From NCBI GenBank assembly GCA_965222225.1, contig CBDCTK010000002.1, forward strand, positions 576,001 through 640,000: a DNA stretch of 64,000 nucleotides, written 5' to 3'. Shown piece after piece: positions 30,246-40,156 of this stretch. Position numbers and translations under genes: made by a program. The notes under the pieces are model-generated. The model was given only the letters and a program-made list of their open reading frames with translations. It made no database searches and was not told where the DNA came from. Origin of the DNA: Candidatus Poribacteria bacterium (GTDB lineage: Bacteria > Poribacteria > WGA-4E > JAJDTR01). Within the stretch, counting starts at the first letter, position 1; each line of letters opens with the position of its first letter.

Positions 30246-31464
30246 TATTTCAGAAATAATCCTATCGTACAGAATCCTAGATTGAAACTAACCGAAAAAG
30301 CATGAGTACAGAAAAGAAAATTGCCACTTGCGACTGGTTCAGGAAAGCTAACTTCTACCAAATCTATTCGAGAGTTCACAAGTGCCACGATAAAAATGGG
30401 GATGGGCAAATTACGGCGGGTGAGTTTAGTACATTTGTTGACATCAGGGCAGACTTGGAGCGCATAAAGGATTTGAACATCAACGCAATCTGGTTGATGC
30501 CGATACACCCCATTGGGAAAATCAACAGAAAAGGACAGTACGGAAGTCCGTACGCGGTAAGAGACTACCTTGGCATTGACATCAACTTTATCGAAAGACC
30601 AAGAGGACGGAATTACACGGATGATGAGTTGCGACGACTAGGAAAACAGCAGCTTAAAGACCTGATTGCAACTACGCATGAAATGGGTATGAGGATTATC
30701 CTCAGCTTTGTCGGGAGTCACTGTGCGCCGGATAACCTACTGCTAGATCCCCGCAATACGACTGAAAAGGGCGGTTATCACCCCGAGTGGTTTTTCATGG
30801 ATGAGACAGGCATTCCTACATCTCCCTGTCCCGACTGGTCAGATACGGCAGACCTCAAATATGGTGAAGGCGTTGATGAGATGGATAAACCCAAATACGA
30901 GAATGATGCGGATCGGCAAGCGATGTGGAATTTCATGACCTCGGTGCTTAAGTATTGGGTAGAGGAATTTGACGTGGATGGATTCAGGTGTGACTTCGCT
31001 CACTGGATGCCCTTATCCTTCTGGAAGCAGGCAATTGAATCTGTGAAAACAATCAAGCCGTCAACTGTTTTTATTGGAGAGGTCTACGAGCGATTGCGAG
31101 CCCACTTTGATGTTGGGTTTGACGCACTCTATCACTTTGAACTCTACAATCAACTCAAGAGTCTGTATCATGAAATCCGGCACGAGGATCCATATTTCGA
31201 AATTCCGTACATTCAACACAGAATTGAATACGAAAATGCAACTTATCCCGCAGGCTACCGGATGTTTCGTTATACCGAGAATCACGATGAGATACGCGCC
31301 GCGGAGATGTATGATAGCCCGGAGGCTGCGAAAGCACCGACACTGCTTTGTTTCACCTTGCCCGGCACGCCATTCATTTACGCCGGTCAGGAATCTGGGG
31401 AGACGGTAAGACCACCACTGTTTGATGGAGATCGCGGTGTTGCGTCTTTTCTAGAAATTGACTT

Positions 31465-32713
31465 CGGAATTAGTAGCTTGTAGCTTTTAGACTGACGACA
31501 AACATAAAACTTGGTACCCTGTCGTAAATCTTTTCGTCACACGTAGATGTCCATAGTGACTATTCTTCTCGTAGGAGTTTGCTATGGACATTTTGAATCT
31601 TATGAAAGAGTTTCCAAATCAAGAATCTTGTCTCAGATTTATAGAGGAAAAACGTTGGAAGGACGGTGTTTGCTGTATCCACTGTGGCAGTGAAAAAGTT
31701 GGACGCAAGAACAAAAACGACATTACTACTGGTTGGAATTGCTACGATTGTGAATCTAGCTTTTCGGCTACAGCAGGAACCATCTTCCATGGTACCAAGA
31801 TACCTCTCCAGAAATGGTTTTTGGCTATCTCAATTCTTTCCAATGCCAAGAAAAGCATATCGAGTTGTCAGCTTGCTCGTGACTTGGACATGAATCAAAA
31901 GTCCGCTTGGTATATGGCAATGCGCCTCCGTGAGAAAATGAGTGATAGTGATGAATTGCTGAAAGGGATAGTTGAAGCGGACGAAACCTATGTCGGCGGC
32001 AAACCCAGAGCAAAATCTAAGAGAGGTAGAGGCACAAATAAATCTCCCGTCATCGGCGTAGTCGAGAGAGGCGGTCGGGTGGTTGCTAAATTCATGAAGG
32101 TTCTATCTGGTGAAAATATCAGAGAATTCATCCTTAGCAATGTCTCACCCGATGAGTCTATTCTTATGACTGATGAATTTCGCTCTTACAATAGTCTGGA
32201 CGAAGATATCGAAAGACATGTTATCCATCACCAAGAGAGATATGTTTCTGAGGACGGCGTAACTCACACCAACACCATCGAGTCGTTTTGGGCTTGTGTC
32301 AAGAGGTCATTCTACGGAACGCATCATCACTACAGCAAGAAGTGGCTGCCACTGTATATCATGGAGTCTTGCTGGAAATATAATCGCAGAAAAGATGATG
32401 AGATTTTCATAAGATTTTTTGATGAATGCTTCACCTGAGCCACATGAATTGTTTGGCTATCGGTATATTCTGTCAACGACAACATCATGGTGTGCTGAAA
32501 ATCCCATAGTGTTGGAAATTAAAATCCCGCAGATAACCCGCAATGCTCCCGCGAGCATGTACAAACGCTTGGTCAACATGATATGCCTCCATTTCTCTCT
32601 TATAGAGATGTATTTTAGTGTGAATCAAGATTCCGAACACTGTCTAAAGTTATTGTACATTAAGAAAAGAAAAGCAAGCAAATCAACCAAAAAGCAGTTA
32701 ACTACTAAGTCCC
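31465..32713 (+). mobile_element. IS1595-family insertion sequence, copy 2 (1249 bp)
   Basis: 8-bp TSD ATTGACTT at 31457-31464 and 32714-32721; same IRs as copy 1. Confidence 0.95.
31584..32438 (+). CDS. IS1595-family transposase
   Basis: Protein identical to 771-1625. Confidence 0.95.
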   Translation: MDILNLMKEFPNQESCLRFIEEKRWKDGVCCIHCGSEKVGRKNKNDITTGWNCYDCESSFSATAGTIFHGTKIPLQKWFLAISILSNAKKSISSCQLARDLDMNQKSAWYMAMRLREKMSDSDELLKGIVEADETYVGGKPRAKSKRGRGTNKSPVIGVVERGGRVVAKFMKVLSGENIREFILSNVSPDESILMTDEFRSYNSLDEDIERHVIHHQERYVSEDGVTHTNTIESFWACVKRSFYGTHHHYSKKWLPLYIMESCWKYNRRKDDEIFIRFFDECFT

Positions 32714-33286
32714 ATTGACTTTAGTAGAGATCTTAGACTCACCGCTTGGTATCGTCGAATCATGCAAATCCGATTGGGAAACACGGCACTGACCGAAGGC
32801 GATATTGAGTTCATGGAATCGGACAATAAACGGATTTTGGCTTTTTCCAGAGTTGCCGCAGATAGCAGAGTCATCGTGGCAATCAATTTCGACTACACAG
32901 ATGGAACTCCCCAATGGGCAAACCTAAGAATCACGCGCAATCTGAAGAGTGGAGACAGTGCCGCAAGGAGATACAAGCTACATGATGCTCTGAACGATGA
33001 AACTTATGTCTATACGGGCAAACAGTTGCGCGAAGGATTAGTTGTGGGTTTAGACCAGTTTAAATCCCATGTTTTCGTTGTAACCGAATGTTGAAAGTGA
33101 AGAATCGGCGTGAGTATTTTGATGTTCTCAGAGGTGAACAATGAAGGAGAATTGATTAGCGCAAGAGGAAAGGTGAGAAATTCTGCTTGAAGAGCGTACA
33201 GGGCTTAAAAAGGTGGAAAATTGTGAGAAACATTCTGTGATCTTGTGCGACAATAAAGTGTACCCCCGGCACAAGGAGCCAATTTC

Positions 33287-34469
33287 GTGAAGAAAGACGA
33301 TGCCCGATTGGTCGAATCTGTATTGGCTGGTAACCTTGATGACTATCGCAAGTTGGTGGACGCTTACCAGTTATCGGCAGAGCAGTGGGCATTTCGTCAG
33401 GCCAGGAATATCTCCGACGCTGAAGAAATCGCTCAAGAGGCATTCGTTGAAGCGTATTTCAGACTTGATACATTGCGGCAGGCGGGAAAATTCGGTGGAT
33501 GGCCGCGTCGAATCGTGATCAATACCGCAGTTTCTTGGCTTAGACGGCGCAAAGCCACTGTGCGTTTTGACGAGATTACCGGCATCTCCAAGGATGGCGA
33601 ATTGCATGAGCATTACTACCGCTACGAAACGCCAACGCCTCACGATTTGCTGGAACGACAAGAGCAGGAAGATCTGCTACGACGGGCAATTGATCCCCTT
33701 TCTCCAACACATCGCGATATCATCACAATGTTCTATTACGATGATCGCTCCTACAAAGACATTGCAGGCCTCCTCACTACATCGGAGACTGCTGTCAAGA
33801 GCATGTTGTAACGCGCTAGAAGACAATTGAAAGAGGAGGTATTACGGATGAGCTCAGGACAAATCGACAGCAAGATTGAAATCAGCCGCAAATTTGGCGA
33901 ACAGGTCACACAAGACATCATTTCAGTTCGCGAAGAGTTAGCAACAATTCGCTATTGGCACGCTTAGATCCGAGTGCCCGCCATCGGCTAGCGACTCTGT
34001 TCAACGGGCCGTTAAAGAGTTTCGACGATTGCCAGAAGATGATGAACGGATGATTCGATGGGGATTTATTGGTGCTTTCGGTAAAGATGGAGTTGATGGA
34101 GCCGAACATTGGGCATGTAGCATTCACACGATGAAACAGGAAGAATATTTCAACGGACCCAACGCTAGTGACGAAAATATAGCTGTTTTTGCAGATGCCT
34201 TCATCAATCCGCACACCATCCGGATTTGCAAACACCTCTTTTTTCGCCAAGGCAACGAGAAAACTACCCGAGAAGAAATAAAGCGAGAATGTGACCTGAC
34301 CAATAAGGAATTGGATGCAGCGCTTGAAGCGTTCCTAGAGTGGCGTTTTGTGGCATGGGCGGGCGAAGAATTGTTAATACTTGGCCATGGCATGAATTGG
34401 GTTATTACACTGATAGGGATGACAAAGGAAGCAATAAACCAGCGCGACGGTAGCAGTGAGCAAGAGTAA
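33287..34469 (+). pseudogene. ECF sigma factor with C-terminal extension; premature TAA plus a frameshift
   Basis: DAEEIAQEAFVEAY, INTAVSWLRR and SYKDIA..VKSML*RARRQLKEE (stop replaces the expected Tyr). A second frame change near 33940 leads into ORF 34029-34469. Confidence 0.75.
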
Positions 34470-34587
34470 CTCACACATATCTTCAATTTAGTGTTCTAGC
34501 GTGCGATTACTTCGTGCAACCTAGGGGATATCGCTGCGCTAGAACCTTGTCAAAAAAAGGAGTCATCGCACACCGTTTGAAATTTCC

Positions 34588-34617
34588 TTGACACTGTAAC
34601 ATCGCTTATGATATACT
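34588..34617 (+). promoter_or_regulatory. Sigma70 promoter of the his/trp leader
   Basis: TTGACA-N18-TATACT with an extended -10 TG. Confidence 0.75.
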
Positions 34618-34657
34618 TAATCGGCTCTCTGGCGAAGATAGAATGTGGAAGACCCAG

Positions 34658-34759
34658 ATGCAAACTTCAAATCGACAACAACAACTTCAAACTGTATCTC
34701 ATCATTGGCATTGGTGGTGGAGCGCTGTTCAGAATGGGAGTGTGCCTTTGCTGAGATAG
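34658..34759 (+). CDS. Attenuator leader peptide with His and Trp control codons
   Basis: MQTSNRQQQLQTVSHHWHWWWSAVQNGSVPLLR; CAT CAT TGG CAT TGG TGG TGG at 34700-34720; alternative in-frame ATG at 34643. Confidence 0.85.
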   Translation: MQTSNRQQQLQTVSHHWHWWWSAVQNGSVPLLR

Positions 34760-34787
34760 ATTTTTGGATTCATATTTTAGATAAATC

Positions 34788-34829
34788 AAAGCCGTAGGCA
34801 CACGAAACCTGTTGTCTACGGCTTTTTTT
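34788..34829 (+). terminator. Attenuator terminator (3:4 hairpin)
   Basis: AAAGCCGTAGGCA / TGTCTACGGC followed by T7. Its left arm overlaps AGGCACAC, which is complementary to GTGTGCCT (34740-34747). Confidence 0.85.
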
Positions 34830-34876
34830 GTGCCGAATTATCTAGCAAGCAATCGTTGCAACAAGGAGAAAGGTGA

Positions 34877-35260
34877 ATGGATATCCTCAATGAACTCAAA
34901 TTCGACAAAACCGATTTAATTCCTGCCATCATACAAGACGACGAAAACAATGAAGTTCTCATGATGGCTTTTATGAATCGCCAGGCATTGCAGAAAACCA
35001 TAGAATCCGGGCGTGTATGTTTCTGGAGTCGGTCCCGCCAAGAATACTGGATTAAGGGGGAGACTTCGGGGCACACCCAAACCGTCAAGTCCATAGCCTT
35101 TGACTGTGATGGTGACGCGCTCCTGATTAAGGTCGAACAGAAAGGCGGGGCGTGCCACACCGGTTATCGCTCCTGTTTCTTTCGGGATGTCTCCTCCGAT
35201 GGCAATTCCAGCCACATCGTAGGCAAGAAGGTTTTTGATCCTGATAAAGTATACTCGTGA
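34877..35260 (+). CDS. hisI: Phosphoribosyl-AMP cyclohydrolase
   Basis: [38 protein letters not shown] and [10 protein letters not shown] motifs. Confidence 0.97.
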   Translation: MDILNELKFDKTDLIPAIIQDDENNEVLMMAFMNRQALQKTIESGRVCFWSRSRQEYWIKGETSGHTQTVKSIAFDCDGDALLIKVEQKGGACHTGYRSCFFRDVSSDGNSSHIVGKKVFDPDKVYS

Positions 35261-35314
35261 AACGAGAAACGCAAAGTATGACGGATTCGCGTTTCACGTG
35301 AGAGGAGACTCCCG

Positions 35315-36799
35315 ATGTATTACCCAAGTTTGGAAGATTTTCGAAAAAAGGCGCAACATGGCAACCTAATTCCTGTCTATAAGTCGATTTTGGCGGATAT
35401 GGAAACCCCTGTGTCAACGTTTAACAAGATTGATGCCGGTGAATACAGTTTCTTGCTAGAAAGCGTTGAGGGGGGTGAACACGTTGGAAGGTATTCGTTT
35501 CTCGGTAGTGAACCATCAATTCTGTTTCAGAGTAAAGAAAATCAGGTGCGCATACAGGATTTGGAGGCAGGCACAACAACGGAGTTCGAAAGCAGCTATC
35601 CACTCGGCGAGCTTGAGAAATTGATGAAGTGCTATCAACCCGTGGAGGTCGAGGGATTACCGCGTTTCCACGGCGGCGCTGTCGGCTACTTTAGTTATGA
35701 CGCTGTGCGTTTTTTTGAAGAGTTGCCCGACAACACAGAAGATGATCGGCATTTGCCAGACTGCTTCTTTATGGTTACAGATACTCTGTTGATATTCGAT
35801 CGGGTTAGTCATCGGATTACGGTGGTAGCGAACGCACATGTTGATGATGACGTAGAGGGCGCATACCAGCGTGCGATTCGACGTATCGACACGCTGATTG
35901 CCAAGCTGAAGAATCCTTTGTTGATGCCGCCTTCAAACGTGCAGCGTGCGGATATAGCCGAGGTTGAGCCTGAATCGAATTTCACACAAGCTGAATATAA
36001 ATCCATTGTCTTACGAGCAAAGGAATATATCGCCGCGGGTGACATCATCCAAGTTGTTCCCTCGCAGCGGCTGTGTATGCCGTTATCAGTGGACACCTTT
36101 GACGTGTACCGTGCGTTGCGTACCGTCAACCCGTCACCATACATGTATTACCTAAAGTTGGGCGACATTCAGATAGCAGGTACTTCTCCTGAAATGATGG
36201 TGCGAGTTGAGGATGGAATGGCGGAGACACGTCCTATCGCCGGGACGCGGCCACGTGGAGACACACCCGCTGAAGATGTGGCGCTGGCAGAGGAGTTGAT
36301 TGCGGATGAGAAGGAGCGTGCCGAACATGTCATGCTTGTCGATCTTGGTCGCAACGATCTGGGGAGAGTTTGCAAATTCCACACAGTTCGCGTTACTGAG
36401 ATGATGTCGATTGAGCGATATTCGCATGTCATGCACATTGTTTCGCATGTTGTTGGCGAACTGTGCGAAGATGTGACCGCCTTTGATGTTATCCGTGCAT
36501 GTTTACCTGCTGGGACACTTTCAGGGGCGCCCAAGATTCGAGCTATGGAGATAATTGATGAGCTTGAACCAACGCGCCGCGGCCCTTATGGTGGGGCTGC
36601 CGGATATTTCAGCTTTTCCGGAAATGCCGATACGGCTATCATCATTCGTACCCTAATCGTCAAAGGTGGCATCGCTTACGTGCAAGCTGGCGGTGGGGTT
36701 GTTGCAGATTCCGTTCCTCAAACCGAGTACGAAGAAACACTCAACAAAGCGCAAGCCGTGCTAAGAGCAATTAAATTGGCTGAGGCAGGATTGGAGTAG
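35315..36799 (+). CDS. trpE: Anthranilate synthase component I
   Basis: FLLESVEGG (Trp-feedback LLES motif), NPSPYMY, SPE, PIAGTRPRG, EHVMLVDLGRND and PAGTLSGAPK motifs. Confidence 0.93.
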   Translation: MYYPSLEDFRKKAQHGNLIPVYKSILADMETPVSTFNKIDAGEYSFLLESVEGGEHVGRYSFLGSEPSILFQSKENQVRIQDLEAGTTTEFESSYPLGELEKLMKCYQPVEVEGLPRFHGGAVGYFSYDAVRFFEELPDNTEDDRHLPDCFFMVTDTLLIFDRVSHRITVVANAHVDDDVEGAYQRAIRRIDTLIAKLKNPLLMPPSNVQRADIAEVEPESNFTQAEYKSIVLRAKEYIAAGDIIQVVPSQRLCMPLSVDTFDVYRALRTVNPSPYMYYLKLGDIQIAGTSPEMMVRVEDGMAETRPIAGTRPRGDTPAEDVALAEELIADEKERAEHVMLVDLGRNDLGRVCKFHTVRVTEMMSIERYSHVMHIVSHVVGELCEDVTAFDVIRACLPAGTLSGAPKIRAMEIIDELEPTRRGPYGGAAGYFSFSGNADTAIIIRTLIVKGGIAYVQAGGGVVADSVPQTEYEETLNKAQAVLRAIKLAEAGLE

Positions 36800-36820
36800 A
36801 CAGATGGACAGGAGAAAACT

Positions 36821-37509
36821 GTGAGTGTGACGCTCGCCCAAGTCGTCCCTTGGGGCAGATCGCTTGAAGAGTACCGACAGATGTTCATGCTCGCCGACGA
36901 AGAACGGACCTTGAAGATTCTAGGAGTTGGTGATGGGCCAGCTAGTTTCAACAGCGAAATGAAGGTGCTGGGTTATACCGTAGTATCAATAGATCCAATC
37001 TATGCACTTTCAAAAAGAAACAGATTGAACAGAGGATTGACAAGACGTACGATACTGTCGTCTCTCAAGTGAAACAAAAACCTGATGATTTCGTGTGGGA
37101 ATTTTTTGTAAACCCAAAGCACTGTGGTTGCTGCCGACTTGAAACGATGCGAAAGTTTTTGCAGGATTATGAGATGGGGAAGTTGCAGGGGCGTAATATT
37201 CCTTCGTCGTTACCAAAACTCGATTTTGACGATTAGCAGTTTGATTTGGCAGTGTGTTTGCATTTGCTCTTTTTGTATTCCGATCAGTTATCATTCAGTT
37301 TTCATCGAGAGTCCATTCAAGAGCTCTGCCGCGTTTCACGAGAGGTGCGAATTTTCCCGCTACTAGCGCTTGATTGCAAGAAGTCGCCGTACGTTTCATC
37401 CATCCAATCGTATTTTCGGGACATGGGCTTCACGGTTGACATTTGTTCAGTACCCTATGAGTTTCAAAAGGGCGGGAACGAGATGATGAGAATTTGCAGG
37501 GATGCTTAG
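36821..37509 (+). pseudogene. SAM-dependent methyltransferase remnant (multiple frameshifts)
   Basis: VVPWGRSLEEYRQMF, GDGPASFN, HLLFLYSDQL, EVRIFPL and VPYEFQKGGNEM are split across different frames. Confidence 0.75.
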
Positions 37510-37519
37510 GAGAAAAACA

Positions 37520-38083
37520 ATGATGCTCATGATTGACAATTACGATTCGTTTACTTACAATCTCGTCCAATACTTCGGTGAGCTAGGGGCAGAGCTTGTA
37601 GTTCATCGCAACGACAAAATAACATTAGGAGAGATTGAACGCCTCGCACCGGATAGAATTGTCATATCACCCGGTCCCTGCACACCTCGTGAAGCGGGGA
37701 TTTCCTGCGACGTAATCCGATATTTCGCGGGCAAGGTACCGATTTTGGGCGTCTGTCTGGGACATCAGTGTATTGGCGATGTCTTCGGCGGGGATGTAGT
37801 TCGTGCGGACCGATTGATGCACGGAAAAACGTCAATGATTGAACATAATGGGCGGAAAATCTTCGCGGGGGTGCAGAATCCGTTTGAGGCAACGAGGTAT
37901 CATTCCTTGATTGTAACGATGGACAGTATGCCAGAATGCCTTGAAGTCACTGCTTGGACGATCGAGGAAGAGATTATGGGGTTGCGACACAAAGACTTCC
38001 CAATCTGGGGTGTACAGTTTCATCCGGAATCAATCTTGACACTTGAAGGGAAAAATATGCTGGAGAATTTCTTGAAAGGCTAA
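37520..38083 (+). CDS. trpG: Anthranilate synthase component II (glutamine amidotransferase)
   Basis: [27 protein letters not shown] and GVQFHPES motifs; AGGAG RBS. Confidence 0.9.
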   Translation: MMLMIDNYDSFTYNLVQYFGELGAELVVHRNDKITLGEIERLAPDRIVISPGPCTPREAGISCDVIRYFAGKVPILGVCLGHQCIGDVFGGDVVRADRLMHGKTSMIEHNGRKIFAGVQNPFEATRYHSLIVTMDSMPECLEVTAWTIEEEIMGLRHKDFPIWGVQFHPESILTLEGKNMLENFLKG

Positions 38084-38086
38084 GAG

Positions 38087-38662
38087 ATGTCGGAAACGGA
38101 TCTTCGTACAGAACTTGAATATACCAAAACAATTGAAGACCCACTGCGCCGGCGACTCTATGTTTGTGCGCTTGTCACGGCAGCACTTCCACATTCAAAC
38201 AGGCTACCCTATGTTGTCGTCGTCGGCAATGCGCTAGAGTTCTACACGCTTGGCGATTACACCACCGCGGATGTCGATCTCGTTAGTGGAAGACGATCCG
38301 AAATCGGCAATATATTGGAAAATTGGGGGTTTAATCGGATGAGAAGGCACTGGTATCACGCCGACTTGGATGTTGCCATTGAAATCCCTGATGATGTCCT
38401 CGCCGGATCAGAAGAAAAAATTACGCAGGTCGAGATTGAGGGCTTGAACGTCTATATTATCGGTGTAGAGGATTTAATCATTGACCGGGTCAACGCGTAT
38501 GATCACTGGCGGTCAATTGATGATGGCGATTGGGCAAAAGAGCTAATGGCTTTGTACAAACACGAGATCGATTGGGATTACCTTGTAACATCTGCGCGGA
38601 CAGAAGAGATACTTGATGCACTGAATACACTGAAATCGGCGACTGAGGAAGAGACGATATGA
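38087..38662 (+). CDS. Nucleotidyltransferase-fold protein (DUF6036-like)
   Basis: VVVGNALEFYT.G.YTTADVDLV (GG.A...T.DxD-like), EDLIIDR and IDWDYL motifs. Confidence 0.65.
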   Translation: MSETDLRTELEYTKTIEDPLRRRLYVCALVTAALPHSNRLPYVVVVGNALEFYTLGDYTTADVDLVSGRRSEIGNILENWGFNRMRRHWYHADLDVAIEIPDDVLAGSEEKITQVEIEGLNVYIIGVEDLIIDRVNAYDHWRSIDDGDWAKELMALYKHEIDWDYLVTSARTEEILDALNTLKSATEEETI

Positions 38663-38901
38663 GAATTGTGAACTTCGATCAACACGTCCAAAAAATAAGA
38701 GAGAAATCAAGAGAATATCAACTCAAGCAACGCGCAAAACAGTCGCACCGGTCACCTCGTCGCCGTCCGCGAGATGCGGATTCACGTCGAGATTCGATCG
38801 AATTATCGCTTAAACGCCGCGAACAATGGTTGAAGGATGGGCGGCTGGAAAAACTTGGACCGCGGCATTACCGTGTGCGTCTCAAGGAAGAACCTGTTTG
38901 A
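38659..38901 (+). CDS. Small basic hypothetical protein coupled to the NTase
   Basis: ATGA overlap with the upstream stop; Arg/Lys-rich, 80 aa. Confidence 0.6.
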   Translation: MRIVNFDQHVQKIREKSREYQLKQRAKQSHRSPRRRPRDADSRRDSIELSLKRREQWLKDGRLEKLGPRHYRVRLKEEPV

Positions 38902-39150
38902 AAACTCTAGGTACGACCTGAAGAACGTCGTTTAGTAATCCTAGAAAATTTCATACTTTTCATACCAAATGGTGGTTTTCAATAGAGACAGAGAAAAGGC
39001 TAGAACTTTTGCTATCACTGGCTTCTGCGCAGTTTCGACATTATAGCCAAGAGAGTGTTGGTATGAAACCGGAGTTGCTACCCAAGACGGTTTCAAATCT
39101 CATATTGACTCTACTTTACATAAGAGAAGATGACTTTTCAAACAGGTTCT
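38889..39150. mobile_element. MITE-like element (262 bp) with a nested IR pair
   Basis: Perfect 16-bp IR AGAACCTGTTTGAAAA / TTTTCAAACAGGTTCT; inner 11-bp IR TTTCATACCAA (38958) / TTGGTATGAAA (ending 39068). Confidence 0.65.
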
Positions 39151-39197
39151 AAAGGGAAAAGAAACAATCGTTATCGATCCCCGTAATCTAATCCGCA

Positions 39198-40073
39198 TTA
39201 ACTCCCAAGTGCCTCCGCCAGTGTGTCCCCAATAGTCGCCGGGCTTTGAGAAACGGCAATGCCGGCGGCTCTCAACACTTCAATCTTTTCTGTCGCTGTG
39301 CCCTGTCCACCCGAAATAATCGCACCGGCATGTCCCATTCGTTTACCCTTGGGAGCGGTCTGCCCCGCGATAAAACCGACAACCGGTTTACTCATGTTTT
39401 CCTTCACAAATTGAGCTGCCGCCTCCTCCGCTGCCCCGCCGATTTCGCCAATCATTATCACCGCTTCCGTGTGTTCGTCGGCTTCAAACAACGCTAGAGT
39501 GTCCACGAAAGTGGTACCAATGACAGGATCGCCGCCGATACCAACGCAAGTGGATTGACCAAGACCAAGTTTTGTGACCTGATCCACAGCTTCATAAGTT
39601 AAGGTTCCACTTCGAGAAACGATGCCAATTTTGCCGGGGCGATGGATATAACCGGGCATGATCCCAATCTTGCATTCTCCGGGCGTGATTACGCCGGGGC
39701 AGTTTGGCCCAATCAGTCGAGTGGGCAGCCCGTCCAGAAAACGCTTGGCTTTTATCATATCAAGAACGGGCGCACCTTCTGTGATGCAGACAATTAGGTT
39801 AATGCCGGCATCAGCCGCTTCCATAATTGAATCAGCGGCATCAAACCGAGCTGGCACGAAGATGACGGATGTATCCGCTCCGGTTGCCTCCACAGCTTCG
39901 CTAACCGTATCGTAAACGGAGATACCATCAACATCCGAACCCCCTCTGCCCGGGGTAACACCCGCGACAATCTGTGTGCCGTATTCTACGCACTGTTGGG
40001 TATGGAACCGACCGGAACGTCCGGTGATTCCTTGGACGATAACTTTTGTATGTTTATCTACAAGAATGCTCAT
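39198..40073 (-). CDS. sucD: Succinyl-CoA synthetase alpha subunit
   Basis: [25 protein letters not shown] and RMGHAGA motifs. Confidence 0.97.
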   Translation of the reverse strand: MSILVDKHTKVIVQGITGRSGRFHTQQCVEYGTQIVAGVTPGRGGSDVDGISVYDTVSEAVEATGADTSVIFVPARFDAADSIMEAADAGINLIVCITEGAPVLDMIKAKRFLDGLPTRLIGPNCPGVITPGECKIGIMPGYIHRPGKIGIVSRSGTLTYEAVDQVTKLGLGQSTCVGIGGDPVIGTTFVDTLALFEADEHTEAVIMIGEIGGAAEEAAAQFVKENMSKPVVGFIAGQTAPKGKRMGHAGAIISGGQGTATEKIEVLRAAGIAVSQSPATIGDTLAEALGS

Positions 40074-40156
40074 TAACTCAAGTTCCTTGAAAAATATTCC
40101 GTATTGCGTAGCAAGTTGCAGCGCGCCGGCGCATTTTCCATCAATATGGGCAAGTC

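Larger units (their letters stand above)
30302..33094 (+). pseudogene. GH13 alpha-amylase-family glycosidase disrupted by IS1595 copy 2
   Basis: IWLMPIHP, SPYAVRDY, VDGFRCDFAH, IGE and ENHD motifs. Removing the IS and one TSD restores ...FLEIDFSRDLRLTAWYRRIMQIR..., in frame with ORF 32762-33094. Confidence 0.9.

Noticed and set aside
496-32713. Composite transposon or inversion bounded by the two inverted IS1595 copies
   Set aside because: Each copy has its own matching 8-bp TSD on both sides, which shows independent insertions with no recombination between them.
34595-34617. Pho box at the his/trp promoter (TGTAACA upstream of TATACT)
   Set aside because: Only one half-site, a 10-nt rather than 9-nt spacer, and a canonical TTGACA -35 is present.
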